Assembly: GCA_051362555.1 (NCBI GenBank) | Contig: CM120641.1 | Location: 33,796,401-33,860,400 of the forward strand | Reading direction: 5' to 3' | DNA length: 64,000 nt | Origin: Lingula anatina | Taxonomy: Eukaryota; Animalia; Brachiopoda | Notes under the pieces: generated by a model | What the model was told of the DNA's origin: nothing | Databases searched by the model: none | The model's input: only the letters and a program-made list of their open reading frames with translations | Shown here: piece by piece, positions 11,608 to 23,040 of the stretch | Position numbering within the stretch: position 1 is the stretch's first letter | Layout: each line of letters starts with the position of its first letter | Translations under genes and position numbers: made by a program

Positions 11608-12751
11608 TAACGCTACTCGACGCTCCCGGTAGAATAGGCACGTTTCACAATAAAACGTCTTTGTCACTGTTTATGTAGTTCTGCACCGCACAATTTACTC
11701 ACGTGCCTTACACCATTCCCTAAAATCCCTTCCCGATTTTAATTTCAGATAGTTATTCAGTAACAGACAAAACTACGTTAAAGTATTCTGTTAAAGACAA
11801 ATCTCAGCCCGTCCTACGCCTAGATACACGAGATACAAAATCTCTGAAACCGAACATGACCGTCATATGGCTTACATATATATATACGTTTACTTTATCC
11901 ATTTATATATATCCAAAAGTATGTCCATATATATTTATATATCCAAAAGTCCTAGGACATTTTTACTGAGTCTCACATGAATATTTTCAGCTCTGCTCAT
12001 TTTGATATTTTTACATGGATGAGATACATGAGCAATCCCAATAGCGACTGGATGGCAATTTTGACTCTTTAAAGAGATATGATAAATAATGCTCTTTAAT
12101 CCAGAAAAGAAATACATATAAATACATTAGCGGTGTGTTATAACTCTTAAGGAGTGTATTTCACTTTCTTTTAGTGAACAAAAACCAATAACTGATTCTC
12201 TGATCAGTTTGATCATGCAAAGAACTTAAACTAGCAGAACTTGAGATATAAAGCTGATGAACAGGGAGATTGACATTTTCTTATGCAAATTATTTGAATG
12301 TTCTGCCTTTTTAAACATTTATTAGAAACGAGAAAGAATGTCACAATTCTGGATCTTTGTGTTATACAAGCCAGGTACATTTTTTTTTATGTGGAGCTTA
12401 TCAAATATCGTTTTGTCATACCACGACAGTCTTATTGTATTTCCATATTACTCTCTCCGTGTGTTGCTTTTGCCTTGTATCCTACCATACATTATAAATG
12501 AGGCAGTGACAGATAAAAAGTAATCCGAAATCACTATTCAACTGTGTCAAATCTTCCACACATCTCAAAGCTACACCAAATCCCAAAATTTTGACAACTC
12601 CCTCATTATGCTGTTTCAATCTCTTATATAAAGTCACTGCAGCATTTACTGGAGGTTAAAAGTACATTCCAAGTATGTTTAAATGTTGATAGGTTTCCCA
12701 CAGTAAGCTGCTAGGTTGGCCTCTCGTAGTGCTTCAGCAACCGTCTGAAAA

Positions 12752-13292
12752 ATCAATTGTGTTAGTTTTAATATGTCTGCATGTTAAAGTTCCTTTAGAT
12801 AGAAAACTCATCACCCCACATTAAAATAAATTTTAAAAATACAAAACTGATTACGCAATATTGTAAACTTGTAACACTTGAAATCTTTTCTAGTTACTTG
12901 TAATGGAAAGAGACAAATTAACACAAATGGAAAAAAAAAACACATATTAACCTCTTCAACTTTAAATAGTTGGTCTGAATTTATTTGTAAATAATTTTTA
13001 AAAAACCATGAAAACATCCAAATATCAATTGTGTTAGTTTTAATATGTCTGCATGTTAAAGTTCCTTTAGATAGAAAACTCATCACCCCACATTAAAATA
13101 AATTTTAAAAATACAGACTGATTACGCAATATTGTACACTTGTAACACTTGAAATCTTTTCTAGTTACTTGTAATGAAAAGAGACAAATTAACACAAATG
13201 GTAAAAAAACACATATTAACCTCTTCAACTTTAAATAGTTGGTCTGAATTTATTTGTAAATAATTTTTAAAAAACCATGAAAACATCCAAAT
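12752..13292. repeat. ~272-bp tandem duplication within the DLD-fragment intron
   Basis: atcaattgtgttagttttaatatgtctgc...aaaacatccaaat occurs twice with few differences. Confidence 0.92.
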
Positions 13293-13352
13293 TTTCAGAT
13301 TTTTCAGGTCACTGGAAATGATTTTATTATCAGCATGCCTCTGCCCTTTCCA

Positions 13353-13536
13353 TTACTGTTGATTTTTGCGGTTGTGCTTTAAGCTAAGAATGAAAAGGAA
13401 TTGCAGTCAATGCTTGATGTTGTGCACAAGTGGTATTATAAATGGCAGTTGACTCTGAATGTGGACAAAACTCAGATGGTTGGTTTCAGGACACCTTGTC
13501 TGCCTAGGACTGAAAATGTATTTGCATGTGGAAACT
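13353..13536 (+). mobile_element. Degenerate non-LTR retrotransposon reverse-transcriptase fragment
   Basis: Reads ...VVL*AKNEKELQSMLDVVHKWYYKWQLTLNVDKTQMVGFR, typical of the region after the YADD motif in LINE RTs; contains a stop codon. Confidence 0.7.
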
Positions 13537-13622
13537 TTCATTTTATTTATTTCTACCTTTTCCTGTAGGCCTACTGTTGATTTGATAGGCTAAAAAATCA
13601 AGCAGTGTAGTACTTCAAGCTA

Positions 13623-13817
<195 letters not shown>

Positions 13818-14163
13818 CTAAAATACATTTCTACTATTAATTCACAAAAATAGCCTATTAACAAATTTACTACAAAAAGGTTACTTTTATTTTTATAGTG
13901 TAAATGCATCAAAATATTCAAAGATGTATAATATATAAGAATTGGTCATAATAAAAGGTCGTATGAAACGTGCATTGCTTTCTGTCAAACTACAAAGGTG
14001 GCTGAAGCACATAAATGCGTAAACTGTAGGCAAGAAACAGCTATTTGGACGGAGAATCAAGCAATTAAATATTTTCTTTCTCAGTTTAAATACGATGCGC
14101 TTTACATTGTAAATTACAACTAGACTTCACCTAAGCGTCCGAGCCTTGGCTGTACTTTCAATG

Positions 14164-14324
14164 GGGGCGTCTCGACAGTCCGAAGGTTCATAGGTCCGAA
14201 AAGTGGTAACATTTTCATCGATTTTTTAATCAAGGGTTCATTGGTCCGAAGGTTCTACAGTGAATATTCGGACCAATGAACCTTCGGACTATTGAACCTT
14301 AATTCGGACTATTGCTACGGCCCC
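14164..14324. mobile_element. Palindromic MITE with 9-bp TSD (Mutator-like), copy 1
   Basis: GGGGCG...GGCCCC ends, internal inverted gtccgaaggttca repeats, flanks ctttcaatg/ctttcaata. Confidence 0.85.
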
Positions 14325-14499
14325 CTTTCAATAGTGATGACGAACTAAAGCTTCGGAGTTCTTTTAAATGCTTCCGATAATAAAGATATGCGAAAGAGAC
14401 TCGTTATTTTTTTATATATAAAATCAAATTTTTCAAACTTTTAATCTTTGAGTTTGATATATATAGGCCCATATTTGATATATATAGGCCCATAAGTCA

Positions 14500-16213
14500 C
14501 AACTGAAGAAGTTGCAATGACAAACTGCAATGATATGAGTTTATTTCCATTTTTGAAACTCTATTATACAATACATGATAACAAGTTAACCATCATTTTT
14601 ACATAATCAACTAACAATGTTGTAAAGATGCAGGAAATGTCAAACAAACACTTTTACGAATCTTATTAGTTAAATAATGAGACTGTTAACATGTTTAAGA
14701 ATTGAATCTGAGGAAATGTATAAAAATCATCATTACTTATAAAATAATGGCCTGATTATGCTGATTTTTGAACTTGACCTGCGTTTTAGCAAGATTAATT
14801 ACTCCTGTGAGTTTCATGACAACTGGTCTATCGGTTTTCCTTAAAATGTGTTAACAGTGTTACACCTATGCTGAAAAGTGCAAAAAAAAACAAAAAAAAA
14901 ACAGCATAACTACTAAAATAGTGGCCCATCATGCCGATTTTCGAACTTGATCTGTGTTTTAGTAAGATTGATTACTCCTGTGAGTTTCATGACAACAGGC
15001 CTATCGGTTTTCCTTGAAATGTGTTAACAGTGTTGCATATATGCTAAAAATTAAAAAACAGCATAAATTCTACAATAATGGCCCAATCATGCTGATTTTC
15101 GAACTTGACCTGCGTTTTATGAATATTAGTCAGCTCTGTAAATATAAAGCCAAAAAGTAAAACTGTCTTCCACTTATGGTGTTAACGTTGAAAGTGCACG
15201 GCGACGGCGACATGATCGGCGACGACAGACGCAGGTGATGGCAATATGTACAGACACATCTGTGTCTGTACATAAAAATGGAAATAAACCCATTTCAGAA
15301 CAGTGCTGTCTTGTTTACATTTTGGCATATTCAAGGTGTCACTTTGAAGTTCCATGGGCATGAAGACCTTTGCTAGTCACATTTTCTGAATATACATAAT
15401 ATTATTAAAAATTGATGATCATTGTGCTGTTAAACATTATGTAATATTGCAACAAAATTTGAAAATAAACCTATTTTGGGCACTGCTCCCATGATGACCA
15501 TTTAAGGAAAACCATGTCATTTACTGTTCTCAAACTTACAGAAAGAAACATTGGACTTAAATACAGCTTCAGTAGGCAATGTAATCTGTTTGGTAATTCT
15601 TTCTGCCGGTTAAACAGTTTTTTTGTGAAAGTTAAATTTTTCACATATTGGCATTTTTAAGGTGTGACTTTGAAGTTCCACAGGCTTGAAGACCTATGCT
15701 ATGATACCTTTATTTTGACAAGAAAAGGTTGATTCAATGTTGAGATCTTGTTGATCTATCAATATTGATGGATCAACATCATCTCAACCTAGCCTCAATG
15801 TTGAATCAACGTTGAGTGCCCGCTGGGATGTAATATTGCATCAGAATAGAAGAATACACAATTTTGGGTGCTGCTGCCATGAAAACCATTATGGGAAAAC
15901 CATGTTACTTAGATTGCCAAACTTTCAAAAAAGAAATACAGGACTAAAATGCAGCCTGAGTTGGAAAAGCAGTCTAATTGACTTCTTTTTCTGGAAGTTA
16001 TACATTTTTAAAGTGTGAACTTGAACTCCTATGGGGCTGAAACCTTATGCTTCTTACGCATTTTTACTTACATTGGAATTACCTGTTGAGCATAATTAAA
16101 ATTTGATGTTGAATTTGCAGTTTAACATAATGTACTTTTGCATCAGAATTGACAGTACCCTATTTTGTTTTTTCTTCTTTTAGTCTGTACATTTGACAGC
16201 TTTGCTGCCTTGT
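14500..16213. mobile_element. Helentron-associated (HINE/DINE-like) element pieces: inverted 5' part (~14500-15275) plus forward 3' part (~15275-16213)
   Basis: 5' hairpin tgtacagacac-atct-gtgtctgtaca at ~15247-15272 with a (gtcgcc)n microsatellite and ~178-bp internal units. 3' end gtctgtacatttgacagctttgctgccttgtt. Same family as 51160-56448. Confidence 0.8.
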
Positions 16214-16588
16214 TGACAATGACAGTTATGAGCAAAATGCCTTCTCTGGAAAATCGGTATCTTTGTACAAGTTCCACATCATCAAAAATGTTCAACGGAT
16301 TCCTTCTATCCCGAAACACTCGTTCCCGCCGCATTGCTGTGCGGAGTTCCACTATTTCTAAAATTCTCCTGGCCATCCTTACACCTCGGAGGTGTGGGTA
16401 GAAATGAATTAGAATGATACTAGTGATTTAGAAGAGACCCAGACCTACTCTAACTTTAGCATGAAACTTAGAACTATACTAGGCTTAGAATGGTTTTATG
16501 GAATAGAGTTAGTAGGTAACTAGAGATAGAATGAAGTTTAGCAACCAACTAGGGCTTAGAATTAGAATGGTTTTATGGAATTGGCCCC
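16213..16588 (-). mobile_element. Left end of a PIF/Harbinger transposon with the transposase N-terminus, truncated
   Basis: MARRILEIVELRTAMRRERVFRDRRNPLNIFDDVELVQRYRFSREGIL matches the N-terminus of Harbinger/HARBI1-type transposases. Terminal GGGGCCAATTCCATAAAAC with a repeated subterminal motif. Confidence 0.75.
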
Positions 16589-16668
16589 AGGATTCTGAAT
16601 AGGTAGCCTACTCGTTTGTTCTCCTATACGATACGCTTGCTCTCGTAAACGCAGTGCAGCGATTTACC

Positions 16669-16825
16669 GGGGCCGTAGCGATAGTCCGAAGGTTCAATAG
16701 TCCGAAGGTTCATTGGTCCGAATGTTCACTATAAAACCTTCGGACCAATGAACCCTTGATTAAAAAATTGATGAAAATGTTACCACTTTTCGGACCAATG
16801 AACCTTCGGACTATCGAGACGCCCC
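16669..16825. mobile_element. Palindromic MITE with 9-bp TSD (Mutator-like), copy 2, inverted relative to copy 1
   Basis: Perfect TSD cgatttacc on both sides; reverse complement of 14164-14324. Confidence 0.88.
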
Positions 16826-17882
16826 CGATTTACCGATAGGGGCCTATGAATAGAATGGCTAAAAACGCGGGTGATATTGAAATTTTGCCTTCATAAATCA
16901 GCAAAAAAGGACTCCGATTGTCATTATTATCACTGTAATAATTTGCAAAAGAAAGACTCCTTAATTTTGTTCTTCTTGCCTTTGTGCTGAAATCCGAGTT
17001 TTTTTCAGCCCATTAGTGTTGGTCGCCTCAAAGCAAACGACTTGCTGGAAGAGATTGCTGTTCACCCTTAGCACCCTGAGTGTGAGACGCATGTATTGAT
17101 TTCCTGTCTCTACAGTTACGTCAACTGCATGTCTTATAGAGTTATCAGTAGTGCTCTGACACTAAGGGTACCTGTGTCTTACGTGCGCAGTGAAAGTCAC
17201 GCTACGGTTTGATATTTTCGAAATGGTGTACGGTGACTACGGTTCACCTACAGCGGATTATTATTGAGAAGAAAAGTGACAGAATCTGCTACTCTGATAA
17301 AAACCGAAGACCTCTAGTCCTCAAGGTAATGCGTGTACTAAAGAACTGGAAACAATGCAAAACGATCATACGTTTTTTTCTTATTCACTTATACAGGTCA
17401 CCTGAAAAATATATTGCAGTTTATACAAAGCTCCACATCAGAACTGACAATTTTGGTATGTCGCTGAACTAAACGAATAATTTTAGTAGGCTCGACGGGG
17501 AATGCATGTACGTGTATAAAGATATTTTATTAAATAATACTTTGTCGATTTTGATCGAATTTTGCTTTATGGCAGATTATCTACAGTCCTTTTATGTGGT
17601 TCAGAAACCGATCAAAGTGGCAGTCTTGTTAACGAGTACTCCTTACTATTCTATGGTAAATGGGTAGGGTGTCCATGGCTTATTTGTAGCAACTTTGGTT
17701 TATTGTTATTCATTATTATATTTTCTTAGAAACATTTTGTCGTTGCCTCTGTGTTCATTTCGTTTATCTTTCATTTTGTCCCTCTTTTTTAATCCCCTTT
17801 ACTTTTATCTGTATGCTGAGGACTTTAAACATGTGTCAATAAAAATATTTAAAGATCAATCAGTGCTATGTCGTTATTTCAG

Positions 17883-20800
17883 ATGAAAAAGTGTACTGCC
17901 ATGTTCCTCATCTTGATAATCTGTTTGGTGTTATCAGATATTGCGTATGCTCGTAAGTGCCATTTACATGTATGAATACAAGTCAAAATTTTATCTATTT
18001 ATTTATTTATTTGCAAACACTTTTTCACATGAGTATTCTTTGTTCAAATACAGGATAAAAACTGGTGAACCCTAACTGAAAGACCAGGGATTACGTAAAA
18101 AATATACAATACACGTTGAACCACGGAAAGTTGGAATTGATTTTCTTGAATGTTTATACGTGTACTGCTGTAGGAAATGGCACTAGAATTATATTTCTAT
18201 TTTGTACACATAAAATTTCATATTTCATTTGGTGACTTATGAAGACTCCTTACTATAATTACAGCTAAAAAACGTGGAAAGCACAAGTACCGATACCATG
18301 TACATCGCAGTCATCATTCCAAGGCCTGTGTACCATTAAGTGGTATGTATATAAAACTCTTTTAATGAATTGTGTATTTCATATTCAAGCCTTCTTAAAA
18401 ATATGTTTAAAAACTTTATTAAAAATCATCCTTTATTCCATTTGCATTCTCACCATTATTTTAATAGTAAAGTTAACCAAAAGCATGTAGAATCAATGTC
18501 CCCATGCAGAAAATATTGCCTATTTATCTATGTCAATAAAATTTAAGACAAACATAACTTAGACATAACCTCACACGTGGCTAAACTTGAGCCAAGTGAA
18601 CTTGACGTGGCATTTTACATGGTATCTCTGGTTAAAGAATTTGAACATATTCAGAGCTGTGTAAAATGGAATAAGTATGTCACCAGGGGGAAATGCACAC
18701 CAAAACCCCACAAAATAATGCACTCTTAAACTTTTTTTGCTAAAGAAAAATTATCATATTGAAATTATTTTCGGCTTTATTTTTAACACCTTTTGCATGA
18801 ATGTTTACAGGCATGTACATCTCAGTATTTTGATGCATACACATTAAATTAAAAATTGTAAAATTTTATGTTGAAGATCTGCTAGGTAACATGAATGGTT
18901 TTCTTTGCTGTTTTATCTCAATTTTACAGCTTTATCAACATGTTACTGTAATAAAAACCCCTGTGCAACAAATAATGGAGGATGTGAGGACTTGTGTGTA
19001 AATACGTACGCGGGCCATTACTGTGCATGTAGCCCAGGCTTTCAACTGGTGGCTGGGGAGAACGATACAACATCGTGCGGTAGTTAGCCTCAGAATAACA
19101 ATGGTTTTGTATTACATAGAAACTAATTCCAAATCACATTTAATTGAGAGATTGGGTTTTTATTTCCTTTACTAGTTCCTGTTGTTGTTGTTGTTTTTGT
19201 ATGGATACTATTTGTCTTGATGCCTTTCATCTAAAGGCATTTTAAGCAATATAATTTTTTAAATAAAATCACAAAACTAAAAATAGTTTGGCAAAATATA
19301 CAGGTGAAGACAATCTGGTTTGCATTATTTTAAAGGCATAATAACTCTTTGTATGAGACCTATATTTCACAATAAAAACCTTGTGAATAACTCATAGAAA
19401 TATAATATATTCTGTTTAACCACAAAAACAGCAGTTATAGCTTTTATTCTGATATTTGAACTTGCCTTTAGACCACGTGACCTCCATTGATGTCTATACT
19501 CTGTTAAAATCTCTTAAGAGATTTTAACAAAAAACCAAACTTTTTAGAAAAAAACCAGGGACTAACTTTGAATGTAAAAATGGATTCATTAACTATTGGT
19601 AAGTATGGGAAAATTGTTGTTTACTCCAGGAAAATTCATTTTTTGGCCGAAACGAAGAGTTATTATTGCTTTAATTCTTAAATAGTTTTTTAAGTGTGAT
19701 AAAGGATCTACAGAATAAATGGTAAATGTCATTATTGAAAATTCTTTCAGATTATGATGTTAGTTGTGTGGCATTGGATGCCTTGAATGGACAACTTGTA
19801 TGTATCTGTGAGGACCCCACTGGAAGATACCCAGTCAATGGAACAAGGTGTCAGGGTAAGTTCTTAATACCAGTGAAAAAAATTATCCTGATAAATGCGC
19901 AAAATGATTGCATCGAAGGGGTGTGATTTTTATGCAAGCATATACATACATTTAGTCCACATGTGATTTTCAACTGTTGAGCTTTATCCACGTGAGACAT
20001 GTTAGCCAATGGCATTTTGTTCCAGAATTTTGCACTAAATTGAAAACAAGCTACAAAACTTTCAGAAACAACTTAACATAAAGGGTCACCCTCTTAATAT
20101 TTGGAGAAGCTGATCTGTTTTTAGACTGGTCTGTAGATTTTGGCTACTACACACTTCTGCTTTGCACCACACACCTGTTTTCCCCCTATCACTGGTATAA
20201 ATTTTGGTATTTACCTTGCACCACTTCTTATGGTAAAAATGATTTAACCAGGCTACCACTGAGAATAAGCCAAAGATTGTTTGTTTGTTTGTTTGTTTGT
20301 TTGTGTTTATTTATACAGACAGGGATGAGTGCCAGGAAGACTCCCCCTGCCAGTCAAAGTGCACCAATACGATAGGCAGTTTTGAGTGTGGCTGTGCAGT
20401 TGGGTTTGAACTCTCAAACGATTCTAGAACATGTGTTGGTAAGCCTGTAAAGTGCTTTTAGACAAATAATAATTTTGATAAGTACTATATCTCTCTGTCT
20501 TATTGTACTTTTCTTGTTTATTTTTTCTGTAGTTCTAACATTCTCGCTGTCTGTGCTGTTTTACAGGGCTTAATTTATTTTCTTATATAGTACTGAAATT
20601 TATTCAAACGCTTCAGATTTGCATGTCATGGGCTTTCAAATTTGCATTTTATAGACATTTAATATGTATTGAAATATGTACATATCGAGAAAGTATCTTT
20701 GAGATTGGATAGCGACAGAGTGGTTATTGGTAACTTGTTAACTCTATCAAATTCATTTTAGTAAAAATTTGCATCTTAAAATGTAATCTAAAAGTGTTTG

Positions 20801-21489
20801 ACCAACAGAATGTTATAGCATGTTTAATCTGTTCACCATAGATTACACAATGGTGAACAGTAATTTTATGAGTAAATGCCTCCACAAATGGCTGAAAATC
20901 ATTCAAAAGTATGCTACGACTAATTAGCAGGATGGGACAATATAATTATTACTTACTTGTGGCATTTACTGTAGTCTGTAGAAAATATCACCTAGTTAGA
21001 TCATGTTTCAGCCTTAAATTTGAACTGACACTGTTTCAAACACTCATCTGATTGTTTCTTTATTAATTTTTTGCAGATATTGATGAATGTGTGCACAATA
21101 ACACATGCACAGATGGCCTGTGTATTAATACCCCTGGATCTGTCACTTGCTTCCGTATTGCATCATTGATATCAGGACGCAAAAAACGAGAGACAACTAA
21201 CACTGTCCCTGGTGAAGACGTACTAGATTACGACTTGAATTTTGATGTCAATGTGGACAACAGAGGTGGATTCACTGAAGCTCAACTACCAGCGAGAGAT
21301 AAAATTCAGCAAAGCTGGAGTCGAGTACAAGAAAAAATGGACTCTCTGCCAATCTCTCAGATTGAAACTCAAGGATGTTGGCTATCTGTTACCTATCTTT
21401 GTATTTCTGTAATTTCAATATTTCTGTCATTAGTATTGTTGAAAAGAGTTGAGAGAGCAGAGACAGCAATTCAGAAATTGTCTTCTTAA
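17883..21489 (+). CDS. 311-aa type I membrane protein with signal peptide, EGF/calcium-binding EGF repeats, RKKR furin site and C-terminal TM helix. Exons 17883-17952, 18265-18342, 18930-19079, 19751-19855, 20319-20438, 21077-21489
   Basis: All introns are GT-AG and phase 1, and exon lengths sum to 936 nt in an open frame. Motifs: MKKCTAMFLILIICLVLSDIAYA signal; NPCATNNGGCEDLCVNTYAGHYCACSPGF; DRDECQEDSPCQSKCTNTIGSFECGC; DIDECVHNNTCTDGLCINTPGSVTC; hydrophobic WLSVTYLCISVISIFLSLVLL followed by KR. Confidence 0.88.
19338..19666. mobile_element. MITE, ~330 bp (copy 2), in an EGF-gene intron
   Basis: Terminal inverted repeat ataataactctttgt / acgaagagttattat; homologous to 6734-7046. Confidence 0.85.
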
Positions 21490-23040
21490 AGTGAAGCTCA
21501 AACATCTGAAAAAGAGGATAAAGGTAAAGGAAGGGTGCCCTTCTTACCTGTTGCACAATTAGACGATGGTTGTTATCAGTAACAATATTCAAAATAGCTA
21601 CCAAACACAAACTTTTGTTGTTGCTAAATTGTATTTCAAATAACAAAGCATGTGTTTTTCGTTGATTGTCATGTATTTTCACTTCACTTTGGATATAGAT
21701 TATAACAGGCATATTGCATATTATCTTAATAATGCAAATAGTACAGGTACCACTTGCATAAAAACTATTTTGACTTGAAAAAAATGCATGGTAAATGGCA
21801 ACCAAACATTTGCTATACTTACATTAAGAGAAGAAAAAATTAATAATGGGAATTCTATGTTTGAAAATATATTAATATTTTGCTAGTTTGTACACTGTAC
21901 GTACTACAGCAAATAGATGCGCTTTAATATGCTTTGTTGCTGACAAAATACATAATGCAACTTACATAATAAATTGACACTAGATTGTTGGATTTTTTTA
22001 AAAGTGTACATGAATAAGAATAATATAATAATCTTACTGACCGGTCATTGGCATAAGATGGTCAACCACCTATGCCAAAAAGCATGGGAAATGGGAACTC
22101 TGGAACTGAATATATGACATATAATATGGTTATACCATTTGTGTGTGGTAGTCGATGTAGACAAACCCCTAAAGGCTTTAACACGTACTATTTATCGGCC
22201 ACAATAATCAGTACATCAGTTATCTCATACCAGAATACATAAGACTGTAATATAATACAAGTTTATGATAGAATTTATGAAAAGGAAGGAAAAAAATTAT
22301 AAATAAATAATAGACATCAGGGAGTCTTTTTTCTTTAAACTGGTTCAGATTTGTTAAATTTGATTTCTTACTGGTAGTTTGTCTTCAGTGTAACTGAATG
22401 AATAGTAGTTGTTAAATGAGAAGTTTTTTTTTACTTTTATTAAAAACATACATAAATAAAAGAATAATTTAGACACACTAAATTTGTATGTTTAAGTCTG
22501 GTGTATAAAAAGCTCATCATGTGCTTTAATTACCATTTTAAGGCAGTTTACCTATGGCAGTTAACAGAAATGTTACTCTACTATGCAGTCAGCCTTGTAC
22601 TTTGCTGTCTGCTTATGTTTGCAACTCTTGCTGCAGAATTCACAAGTTGTCTATTAGCCATTATTTAGCCACTATTTAGCCATTATTTCAAATTCACTGC
22701 ACAGATTTTATGTTCTGCTCCATTTTTCCATTGACAGTAATAATCAGTGAAATAGCACTTGTTTTTTCCATGAATTGCACCATAATTTTTGGAGCTGAAC
22801 TACACCTGTGTGTATTTATAAATATCAACCATGAACTTCGATTCAAGTCAAACTGTGGCAAAAAATAACAATAGTCAGTATTTTCTTGTCAATGATCATG
22901 ACATAACTAGAAAGAATTGTCCCAGCATGCCAAATGGCAGCTGATGTCAACTAAGTCACTTAACCAGGCAAAAAATTGCAACTTGCCCAGAGCGTGCAGC
23001 CCCAGGATGCCAAAGGGCAGTTCGTTTGCATTAAACAATG

